This document shows positions 9,263 to 17,415 of a stretch of 64,000 bases of DNA, piece by piece. A model generated the notes under the pieces. The model made no database searches. It saw only the letters and a program-made list of their open reading frames with translations, and was not told the origin of the DNA. Numbering within the stretch: position 1 is the stretch's first letter; each line of letters opens with the position of its first letter. This DNA is from Desulfurococcales archaeon. Lineage in GTDB: Archaea; Thermoproteota; Thermoprotei_A; Sulfolobales; NBVN01. The stretch is taken from NCBI GenBank assembly GCA_027023255.1, contig JALVVU010000007.1, positions 6,888-70,887 of the forward strand, given 5' to 3'. The translations under genes and the position numbers were made by a program.

Positions 9263-10432
9263 TTACTTGCCTTTCTTTAGTTCCTCAAGCACTTCCTTTA
9301 GTGCCTTAAGCATCTCATCTATGTACTCGTCAGGCATGTAGCCCATGTGCCCTATCCTGAACGTTGTCTTCTTGAACTGCCCGTAACCCTTAGCTAACTC
9401 GTAACCCTTCTCCCTCATCCTGTTGTAAACGTCTAAGCCGTTGATTCCAGGCGGTGTCCTGACGCACGTTATGGTGGGGCTCTCGTACCCTTCCCTCGCG
9501 AATAACGTCATACCTAGGGCCTTAACTCCCGACCTTATCTTCTCCGCCCTCCTTTCATAGATCTTCAGCCACTCGTACTTACCACCGATTTTCTCGACTA
9601 CGCGCAGGATTACGTTAAGCGCTATTATCTGGGGTATTGGGGGTGTGGATGGTGTTGACCACTGCTCCTCCTGGTACTTAATGTACTTGAGTACGTCGAA
9701 GTACCATCCTCTATTCGGTATGTTCCGTGCTTTCTTCAACGCCTCCTTACTGAATACTCCTATAGCTAGGCCTGGCGGGACACCGAATGCTTTCTGGCTA
9801 CTGCTGAAGACTACGTCGAGGCCCCACTCATCAAACTTTATGTCTGCTGCCCCCATAGAGGAGACCGCGTCAACGAATACTAACTTCCCGTGCTCCTTCG
9901 CTACCTTAGCTAGCTCCTTAAGTGGGTTCAGAACGCCTGTGCTGGTTTCGTTATGCGTTATAGTTACGGCCTCGACGTCTGGGTTCTTTTTAAGTGCATC
10001 GTCTAGCTCTTCGGGTAGGACTGGGTTTCCGGGTTCTACCTCCAGTACTACGGGAACCCTGCCGTTCGACTCCACTACTTCCTTATACCGCTTCCCGAAG
10101 GACCCGATGATCGTGACGAGAACCTTCCCGCCGGGACTCACGAAGTTTCTTATGCTGGCCTCCATTACGCCAGTACCGCTACTGGGGAAGAGAAGTACGG
10201 TACCTTCCTTAGCCTCTAGGAAAGCCTTTAGTCTTTCGACTGTGTCCCTATGTAAGTCGCGGTACTCCTTCGATCTGTGGCTAAACATTTGGAAGGACAT
10301 AGCCTCCAAGACTTCGGGGAAGCACGCGACTGGCCCAGCCGTGAATAGTTTTAGGGGCTTAGGCCATACTATCTTCAGTACTTCCTTAACTATGTCTTCA
10401 CAACCCTTACCCAAGCAGTCCTCACCAAGCAT
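9263..10432 (-). CDS. Class V PLP aminotransferase (serine-pyruvate/alanine-glyoxylate type; possibly acting as phosphoserine aminotransferase)
   Basis: SSSQKAFGVPPGL (PLP lysine), TGVMEA, VTITHNETSTGV. Only 17 nt upstream of serA on the same strand. Confidence 0.85.
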   Translation of the reverse strand: MLGEDCLGKGCEDIVKEVLKIVWPKPLKLFTAGPVACFPEVLEAMSFQMFSHRSKEYRDLHRDTVERLKAFLEAKEGTVLLFPSSGTGVMEASIRNFVSPGGKVLVTIIGSFGKRYKEVVESNGRVPVVLEVEPGNPVLPEELDDALKKNPDVEAVTITHNETSTGVLNPLKELAKVAKEHGKLVFVDAVSSMGAADIKFDEWGLDVVFSSSQKAFGVPPGLAIGVFSKEALKKARNIPNRGWYFDVLKYIKYQEEQWSTPSTPPIPQIIALNVILRVVEKIGGKYEWLKIYERRAEKIRSGVKALGMTLFAREGYESPTITCVRTPPGINGLDVYNRMREKGYELAKGYGQFKKTTFRIGHMGYMPDEYIDEMLKALKEVLEELKKGK

Positions 10433-10598
10433 AATTTACTGCTGTGATTATTAATTCTCTTTTTCTTAAACTTCATAAAGCATGCAACATATTTTAAATG
10501 CATTTACAGCGTGAGTAAGCACCTTGTTCTGAATGATTGCGTGAATTATTCGTGGTTAGGAAATGCGACATTATTAACTCCTCCGTGGTAAGACTAAC

Positions 10599-11840
10599 TT
10601 GGTGCACAACGTGAATAACCCACCCACACTAGGTCTTAAGGAGTGCATTAGGGACTTACTTGGTGAACGAGGATTCGCATACATAGCTAAGGCCAAGGAA
10701 CTTAAAGCCGCTGGTAAGGATGTCATTAGCTTCGGTGTTGGTCAGCCGGACATACCTACGTTTGACCACATAGTTGAGGAGGGGATTAAGGCACTAAAGG
10801 AGCGGTTCACAGGATATACCGAGACGCAAGGCATAAAGGAGTTGCGAATCGCCATCGCTGAGTACCTTAATGAGAGGTATGGCAGCGATGTTCGGGAGGA
10901 TGAAGTTCTAGTAACGATAGGTACTAAGGGGGCCGCATTCCTTGCTCTCGCCGCGTACCTGAGGCCTGGTGATGAAGTGATAGTTCCCGAACCGACTTAC
11001 CCTGTATACTCGGAAGCCCCCAAGTTCATAGGAGCTAAGCCCGTCTACATCCCGCTTAAGTGGGAAGGAGAGGATAGGGGCTTCAGCTTAGACATCGAGG
11101 AGATCGAGAAAGCCATCTCCAGCAAGACTAGGGCCTTAGTGGTCAACAACCCCCACAATCCCACGGGAGCAATATTCAAGCCAGCGGAGCTTGAGGCCTT
11201 AATGGATCTAGCTAGGAAGCATAACCTGGTAATCTTCGTTGACGAGATTTACGATAACTTCGTTTACGAGGAAGGTACGTTTAAGTCATTCATGGAATTT
11301 CCTGACTGGCGTGACTACGTGGTTTACCTGAATGGGTTCTCGAAAACCTTCTCCATGACGGGATGGAGGGTCGGGTACTTAGTTGCTAGGAGTGACGTCG
11401 TACGTAACTTAACGAAGTTAGCCGTTAATATCTGGTCATGCCCACCATCTATGGCTCAACGTGCTGCCATCGCGGCGCTAAAGGGGGATTGGGAACCTGT
11501 AAGGAACATGGTTAACTTATTTAGAGAACGTAGAGATGTCATAGTTACCGAGTTAGGGAAAGTCCCTGGCTTCGAGGTTTGGAAGAGTGCAGGGGCTTTC
11601 TACGTGTTTCCACGGGTTAGGAAACTATTGGATAGCATCGGCATGAGTGTTGAGGAGTTCGTGGATTACCTAATAAGCACTAAGTACGTGGTTACGTTAC
11701 CAGGCACTGCCTTTCCCAATACTGCCGGCAGAGATTACGTGAGGTTTAGCTTCTGCATCTCTAAGGACAGGATAGTCAAGGGTGTGAAGAGAATTAAGGA
11801 AGCCGTTGAGAACCTGTTATCCTTGAAATCTAAGCGTTAA
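10599..11840 (+). CDS. Class I/II aminotransferase (aspartate aminotransferase-like)
   Basis: NNPHNPTG and NGFSKTFSMTGWRVGY (PLP lysine). The start could be GTG 10602 rather than TTG 10599. Confidence 0.85.
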   Translation: MVHNVNNPPTLGLKECIRDLLGERGFAYIAKAKELKAAGKDVISFGVGQPDIPTFDHIVEEGIKALKERFTGYTETQGIKELRIAIAEYLNERYGSDVREDEVLVTIGTKGAAFLALAAYLRPGDEVIVPEPTYPVYSEAPKFIGAKPVYIPLKWEGEDRGFSLDIEEIEKAISSKTRALVVNNPHNPTGAIFKPAELEALMDLARKHNLVIFVDEIYDNFVYEEGTFKSFMEFPDWRDYVVYLNGFSKTFSMTGWRVGYLVARSDVVRNLTKLAVNIWSCPPSMAQRAAIAALKGDWEPVRNMVNLFRERRDVIVTELGKVPGFEVWKSAGAFYVFPRVRKLLDSIGMSVEEFVDYLISTKYVVTLPGTAFPNTAGRDYVRFSFCISKDRIVKGVKRIKEAVENLLSLKSKR

Positions 11841-12033
11841 GGTTTTGAGATGCGAACCCTATTTTAGGGAGTGAGGACATGAAGAAAGCCGTCGCTACGG
11901 ACACCAGGATGACGAGAGAATCCCCGTCGGATTAATTTTTGCGTTGCGAAATGCATAGTCTCTTCCTAACAATAATAACCAGTTTTTTGGGAGTCTGGAG
12001 ATTACCTTAGTGCTCATCAAGGTGATGCACTAA

Positions 12034-13428
12034 ATGACTGGTAGAGTTCAAACGGTAACATATTACTTGGGGTTAGTTCTAGCAATTTTTGGAGCGGCCA
12101 ATTACGCGCCAGCTATCGTAGCCTTAGCAACTAATGATAGAGCATTCACGCCTTACCTCATGACCGGTACTTTAATGGTAGTATTGGGTTATGTCCTTCA
12201 CTTGTTTGGACGCGGTGCCTCAGGTAGGGAGCTTAAGTTCTGTGATGCTGCAACGATAGCCACTCTGTCTTTCATAGTGCCCGCGTTAGCTAATGCGTTG
12301 GTAATGTATGTTAGTAACTATGACTTCACGGATGCGTTATTTGAGAGTATCTCTGGCATCACTACCACAGGTCTTTCAATGTATACCACGTCGTCCCTTC
12401 CTCCGGTCTTTGTTTTTGCTAGGGCGTGGTTACAGTGGTTAGGTGGGGTAGGGATAGTTATACTGACTCTATCACTACTCGTAAGGCCGGGAACTGCTAC
12501 GTATCGGTTATTCTCCACTCACTTCAGAAGGGATCCCTCCCTACCCAGCTCAAGCATCCTTTCCAAGTACATCGTGTTGTTTTATGCGGGGTTGACGTCC
12601 CTAGCATTCTTGGCATACGCTATGGCGGGCATGCCGCTTTTTGATGCGTTAGTCTACTCCCTCACAACCACCTCGACGGGTGGGTTTTCCGGGTATACAA
12701 GTTTATCTGGTAACCCTGCCTTGATTGCTATGGTCTTCATGTTCCTTAGTTCGCAGAGCTTCATACTTTACTATAAGGTTCTGCGGGATAGGAGTCTCAA
12801 GCCCTTATTGAGAGGCACTCAACTTGCTTCATTCACGCTGATGACTATGCTGGGTGGAGCTACTTTATTTGTGGTGTGGCGTAGTGGCGTATCAACCGTG
12901 TTTTTCCACTTCATTTCCGCGTTGAGTACTACGGGATACTCCACCGTTAACATTGATTCACTGCCTGTTGCGGGGCAATTACTGCTTATCTTAGCCATGT
13001 TCGTTGGTGCCTCGATGGGCTCTACCGGGGGTGGTGTTAAGCAGTTCAGGGTCATCGTGGCTTTTAAGGCGTTCATAACCTCCATATTAAGGCTCACTGA
13101 GCCGAAGGAAAGAATTCACCTCGTTAAAGTTGCTAGCGAGCGAATAGAGGATTCTGAAGTCCTGACGTACTTAACCGTAATATTAACATATGCTGCCATC
13201 ATAGCGTTATCTAGCTTGATCTTCACAGCATTTGGTTACGGTCTCTTACCGTCACTCTTCTCCGTAACCTCCGCCCTAGGTACCGTGGGGCTTCAGCCAG
13301 GTATAATCACTCCCCAATTACCGACCATATTGAAGTGTGTTTTAATGATTAACATGGTTCTCGGAAGGTTAGAAGTAATTACGGTGCTTGCAGCTTTCAC
13401 TGGTTTAATTCGTCTTAGAGAAAGATAA
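12034..13428 (+). CDS. trkH: TrkH/KtrB-family K+ transporter membrane subunit
   Basis: Polytopic, with repeated pore-loop motifs (SGITTTGLS, TTTSTGGFS, LSTTGYS, GSTGGGVKQFR). Confidence 0.85.
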   Translation: MTGRVQTVTYYLGLVLAIFGAANYAPAIVALATNDRAFTPYLMTGTLMVVLGYVLHLFGRGASGRELKFCDAATIATLSFIVPALANALVMYVSNYDFTDALFESISGITTTGLSMYTTSSLPPVFVFARAWLQWLGGVGIVILTLSLLVRPGTATYRLFSTHFRRDPSLPSSSILSKYIVLFYAGLTSLAFLAYAMAGMPLFDALVYSLTTTSTGGFSGYTSLSGNPALIAMVFMFLSSQSFILYYKVLRDRSLKPLLRGTQLASFTLMTMLGGATLFVVWRSGVSTVFFHFISALSTTGYSTVNIDSLPVAGQLLLILAMFVGASMGSTGGGVKQFRVIVAFKAFITSILRLTEPKERIHLVKVASERIEDSEVLTYLTVILTYAAIIALSSLIFTAFGYGLLPSLFSVTSALGTVGLQPGIITPQLPTILKCVLMINMVLGRLEVITVLAAFTGLIRLRER

Positions 13429-13469
13429 CTTTATTTAATCAGTAACATGCACTCAGATAGTGTGATGTA

Positions 13470-14117
13470 TTGAAGGCGATAGTAGCTGGCGGAGGAGACG
13501 TGGGTAAGCTACTGGTTGAACGTCTCCAGGAAAGTAAGGCTGAGGTGACGCTCATAGAAAGTAATGCTGAACGCGCTCAATCACTAGCTGAGGAGCTAGA
13601 CTGCGCCGTTCTCCACGGTGATGCGACGTCCTTAAACGTGCTTAGGGACGCTGATTGTGCTAATGCTGATCTCTTTATCGCTGCCACGGGAGATGATAGG
13701 AGTAATATCCTCTCGGCCTTGCTCGCTAAGCAGCTCGGTGCTAAGCGTGTTGTGGTGGTACTAGAGGATCCCTCGCTTGAGGATGTGGCTAGGGGGTTAG
13801 GTCTTGGGAACGTGGTTATCCCGACAAGGCTGGCAGTCAATGAAGTCTTAGCTATTGCTAGAGGAGCTCCTCGCCCTAGTGAGGTGCTGGGTGAGGGGCT
13901 TACCCTAGTGAGGGTCCCTGTTAATGGGTTGCTATTGAGTACCAGCGTGAGTAGCCTTAAGTTGCCTGAGGGTGTTATCTTATGCGCTGTTATTCGAGGA
14001 GATAAAACTCTTCAGCCATCACAGGATTTGAAGTTAGGGGAAGGAGATGAACTCCTTTTCTTGGTGAAGGAGGAGAAACTCCCTAGCCTACGTAAAATCC
14101 TCGGAGGAGGGGATTGA
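13470..14117 (+). CDS. trkA: TrkA-type K+ transport regulatory subunit (RCK: TrkA-N + TrkA-C)
   Basis: TTG start. Rossmann motif KAIVAGGGDVGK and C-terminal GDELLFLV. Directly downstream of trkH. Confidence 0.8.
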   Translation: MKAIVAGGGDVGKLLVERLQESKAEVTLIESNAERAQSLAEELDCAVLHGDATSLNVLRDADCANADLFIAATGDDRSNILSALLAKQLGAKRVVVVLEDPSLEDVARGLGLGNVVIPTRLAVNEVLAIARGAPRPSEVLGEGLTLVRVPVNGLLLSTSVSSLKLPEGVILCAVIRGDKTLQPSQDLKLGEGDELLFLVKEEKLPSLRKILGGGD

Positions 14118-14123
14118 GGCTCT

Positions 14124-14825
14124 ATGGTTAATGAAGTTGCCGTCGTTGGTCATAGAGCAAACTCCTGGAGAGTCATTAGTTTCTATAGGTTCATTGGGGT
14201 ACCTATAGTTGAGATAGACGTCTGTCCTGGCAGTAACGGAAGGTTACTGGTTAAGCACGGTCCAAGCGAAGTTAAGCGTGCCTCACTCATTGGGAAGATG
14301 TTCTCTTACATAGATTATAAGTTATTCTATAGAGATCCCCTAATCAAGGCATCAACGCTTGAAAATCACCTTAAGTCCCTAAGCGAATTCTCCGGAGTTT
14401 TATTCGACATAAAGCGCGGCATTAACATTCAAGCCCTAGCGAATATTATAGACAGGATGCCCTACGAATACAATATAGCGTACGCATACGTATCGACACC
14501 CTACCATCCGATGATTAGAGAGCTAAAGGAATTAACGAACCGGGCAATGGTTGCTGCCACCCTCCACGACCTCCCCGTCGACCCTGTTTCGATGGTTCTT
14601 GCAGCCGATGCCGACGCCGTGTCAGCAAATTATACTCTCTTGAGCGAGGGGCTCATTAACTTATTCCACATGTCGGGAATCAAAGTATTCGCGTGGACCA
14701 TAAACGACTGTAAGTTAGCGCTCTCATTAGTAGATATGGGTGTTGATGCCATAATAACGGATAGGCCAGACATGATTATGAAGTGTTTAAGGAAGCACGG
14801 CATACGCATTAAGGGCTTTGTATGA
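14124..14825 (+). CDS. Glycerophosphodiester phosphodiesterase (GDPD) family protein
   Basis: VVGHRANS near the N-terminus and VFAWTINDCKLALSLVDMGVDAIITDRPD at the C-terminus. Starts 6 nt after the trkA stop. Confidence 0.7.
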   Translation: MVNEVAVVGHRANSWRVISFYRFIGVPIVEIDVCPGSNGRLLVKHGPSEVKRASLIGKMFSYIDYKLFYRDPLIKASTLENHLKSLSEFSGVLFDIKRGINIQALANIIDRMPYEYNIAYAYVSTPYHPMIRELKELTNRAMVAATLHDLPVDPVSMVLAADADAVSANYTLLSEGLINLFHMSGIKVFAWTINDCKLALSLVDMGVDAIITDRPDMIMKCLRKHGIRIKGFV

Positions 14826-14948
14826 CTTAATCGTCAACTGAAAGTTACTGACGTACTTAGGGTAAGAGGCAATTACTTTCACAGAACTCCCACTATGTAC
14901 AACCATACCGGATTAGCTTAAGTATACCCCTTACTGAACCACTCTCAG

Positions 14949-15131
14949 GTGGTAGCGACGAGAATCGTTACATTCAAACTCCCCGAGAACCTACTGGAAG
15001 AGCTCGACCGATACGCGTTAGTGCACGGGATGAGTAGGTCCGACGTGATAAGGCTCGCCATTCAAAAACTCATTAAAGAGACAGCACGCCCAACGCCTAG
15101 GTACAGAGTAAGGCGAGTAATACTAACGTGA
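14949..15131 (+). CDS. Ribbon-helix-helix (CopG/Arc-like) DNA-binding protein, orphan
   Basis: RIVTFKLPENLLEELDRYALVHGMSRSDVIRLAIQKLI is a classic RHH pattern. No partner toxin ORF follows. Confidence 0.6.
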   Translation: MVATRIVTFKLPENLLEELDRYALVHGMSRSDVIRLAIQKLIKETARPTPRYRVRRVILT

Positions 15132-15651
15132 ACTGTCGATTAAGGTAGACAATCCTATCAGATTACCAAGATGTGTGACCCCTAAATAATTTGGTTAAGC
15201 CAACTTAATCTCGTTCTCCTCTAATGCACTATTCGGGAAGAAATATCCTACTTTCATTATTATATCATCGGTAGTCCTAATCACACGCCTGCACATAACA
15301 CTATACATGCGCCTCGGATAACGTGCCTTTACCTAGAAGCCCTCCCACATACCTCATTGCTTGCAAAGCAAGGTACATCATCGACATCGATATTGAGCCT
15401 GTAGCCGCCACTAAACAAATATCTACCCACAAAACACCAATGATCATAAAAATTCATTTAATAAAAGTTGTAGAGGTGAGAGAAAGCTACATCCTAACAG
15501 TATCAATGAACTAAATAAAATTCATAGAACCCTACAGTGAAAAACTGAGGGAGTCCCTAGTCTAATGCTATTAAGGTGCTCAAGGAAAACAATTAAGCAT
15601 AATGAATACGTTGTACTACTTCTTTGGCGCTTCGTGGATTTATTGTTATAA

Positions 15652-15754
15652 TGGTGGGGCCGCGGGGATTTGAACCCCGGACCACGGGGGTTCCTGCCGT
15701 CTTCCGTGTGAGCGGACCCAAGCCCCGCATTCTCCCAAGCTAAACTACGGCCCC
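15652..15754 (-). tRNA. tRNA-Pro (anticodon UGG) with ~26-nt intron after position 37; CCA encoded
   Basis: Manual fold of the reverse complement: GGGGCCG-TA-GTTT..GAAT-G-CGGGG-CT-TGG-G-[intron TCCGCTCACACGGAAGACGGCAGGAA]-C-CCCCG-TGGTC-CGGGG-TTCAAAT-CCCCG-CGGCCCC-A-CCA. Confidence 0.85.
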
Positions 15755-15808
15755 ACCACTTAGGGGTTTATGTGTTAGGGATTAATTTACCTTACTTGTC
15801 TTTCTCTC

Positions 15809-16762
15809 TTACTCTTTCTGGAGGATTGCGTGCAGTAGCTGTTTTGTTGCTGTTACGGTGTCTGTTTCGCCGTGTATAGCTTGTTCGTAGATCTTCTTTG
15901 CTTCGTTATTGGTGCGTAGTGTTTGTTGAGTCTTCCTTCTTAGTGCCTCTATGAGTAGTAGTTCGAGTTCTAGTTCTCTCCTTGTTTTTCTCTTCATTCG
16001 TAGTAAGTTGATACTTTTTGCAAACTCTCTGTGTTCATCTATTGTGTTTATTAAGTCGTTTATGCCTCGCCCCATTATGGGTGATGTTAATAGTACCTTG
16101 GGCTCCCATCCCCTTCTGTTCACGCCTTTTAACACGAACTTTACTTGGGAGTACGTTAATTCGGCTTCAGGTAGGTCTGCTTTGTTTATTGCGTAGATAT
16201 CCCCTATCTCCATTATGCCTGCTTTAAGGGCCTGTATCTCGTCACCTGCTCCAGGCATTAGCACTACGACCACAGTGTCCACCGCCTTCATTACTCTTAC
16301 ACTGAATTGACCTGCTCCGGGCGTCTCTATTATGATGTACTCGTATCCAAGACCTTCGAGTACCTCGATGGCTAGGAGTGCTTTCCATGGAAGAGACTCT
16401 TCCTCGCGAGTGCTCATGGATCGTATGAAAACCTTTCCTGTGAGGCGCCGCATCCTTATCCTATCTCCTAGTAAGGCCCCGCCGCTGAAGGGTGATGACG
16501 GATCCACCGCCACTATCGCCACACTATGTCCCTCCCTAGCGAGCCTGAGTGCGACAGCTGATATTAGGGTGGACTTACCTACCCCAGCAGCCCCCGTGAA
16601 TCCTATTACGTGGGATCTAGGCTCCTTAACCCAAAGGGGCTTCAGGATCTCTGAGTTGCTGTACGGGTCCTCCTCAATTGCTGTCAGTATCTTTGCTATT
16701 GCTAGCTTATCCCCGCTCCTAGCCCTCTCAATTATCTCATGGGGATTCATTGTCGCATACAC
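15809..16762 (-). CDS. meaB: MeaB/ArgK-type G3E GTPase (methylmalonyl-CoA mutase accessory protein / LAO-AO transport ATPase family)
   Basis: P-loop GFTGAAGVGKSTLI, IIETPGAGQ and NKADL. 317 aa. Confidence 0.85.
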   Translation of the reverse strand: MYATMNPHEIIERARSGDKLAIAKILTAIEEDPYSNSEILKPLWVKEPRSHVIGFTGAAGVGKSTLISAVALRLAREGHSVAIVAVDPSSPFSGGALLGDRIRMRRLTGKVFIRSMSTREEESLPWKALLAIEVLEGLGYEYIIIETPGAGQFSVRVMKAVDTVVVVLMPGAGDEIQALKAGIMEIGDIYAINKADLPEAELTYSQVKFVLKGVNRRGWEPKVLLTSPIMGRGINDLINTIDEHREFAKSINLLRMKRKTRRELELELLLIEALRRKTQQTLRTNNEAKKIYEQAIHGETDTVTATKQLLHAILQKE

Positions 16763-16883
16763 TGCGGTCTACCAATGAGTGGTGCGTAGGGCTACTTTTA
16801 AGTGCGTTTATTCCAATACCATGGAAACGGAAACCTAAGGAATTCACCTCAGAGTAAAAAGAAAATCGTGCTTTACCTAGCTT

Positions 16884-17141
16884 TTAGACTAGAATTATTC
16901 CCTCTGCTTGGCTTAAGCCGCTATCGTCTTCTAAGTAGTCATTGTCGGTGTTAAAATGAACGTTAATTTTCATTTCGCTCTCTATCTCGGCTAGGAATTC
17001 CAAAATTGCTGAACGAACAAGCTCGCTCTTTGAAGGATAATTAAATTTCTTTGCAAATTCTTCAAGCTCCTTGTTCATGCTCAACGGAATTCTAATCGTG
17101 ACTATCCTTCTGCGGCTCTTATTTCCTGCGATGAAAGGCAT
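16884..17141 (-). CDS. Ribbon-helix-helix (CopG-like) transcriptional regulator
   Basis: RRIVTIRIPLSMNKELEEFAKKFNYPSKSELVRSAILEFL. I prefer ATG 17141 (GGTGA 5 nt upstream) over the 116-aa track ORF that starts at 17234. Confidence 0.6.
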   Translation of the reverse strand: MPFIAGNKSRRRIVTIRIPLSMNKELEEFAKKFNYPSKSELVRSAILEFLAEIESEMKINVHFNTDNDYLEDDSGLSQAEGIILV

Positions 17142-17415
17142 AAGCATCACCAAAGAATCAACGCAGTGTTTAGTAATAAAGACTAGGCCTGATGAAATAA
17201 GAGGGAATGACCCAGAACTAACACTGTTAATCAATAATACGTTTGTGAAGCATTCATGATTTAGGGCTACGTATTATTAAGAAATAATACCTTAGGTATT
17301 TGTAACGATTAAGACAATACCGTCTACTCTATAGGTAATACTTTTTGTCTTACTTGATATAAAGATAGAATAAATAAGAACATATACCATTATATCCTAA
17401 TCACTCATATTTTAA

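Noticed and set aside
9645-10454. 269-aa plus-strand ORF antisense to the class V aminotransferase gene
   Set aside because: It lies almost entirely opposite a gene with strong PLP-enzyme motifs. Its translation is Ser/Thr/Pro/Leu-rich low complexity with no motif. This is typical shadow-ORF behaviour. The same reasoning applies to the other shadow ORFs at 16332..16778, 26369..26803, 29442..29849, 51160..51639, 53521..54018, 55590..56081, 8377..8727 and 34687..35145.
11879-11935. 18-codon mini-ORF (MKKAVATDTRMTRESPSD) with an SD-like GGAGTGAGG upstream of trkH, as a possible leader peptide
   Set aside because: It is too short to support from sequence alone, and I cannot assess conservation. 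It is noted only as a possibility.
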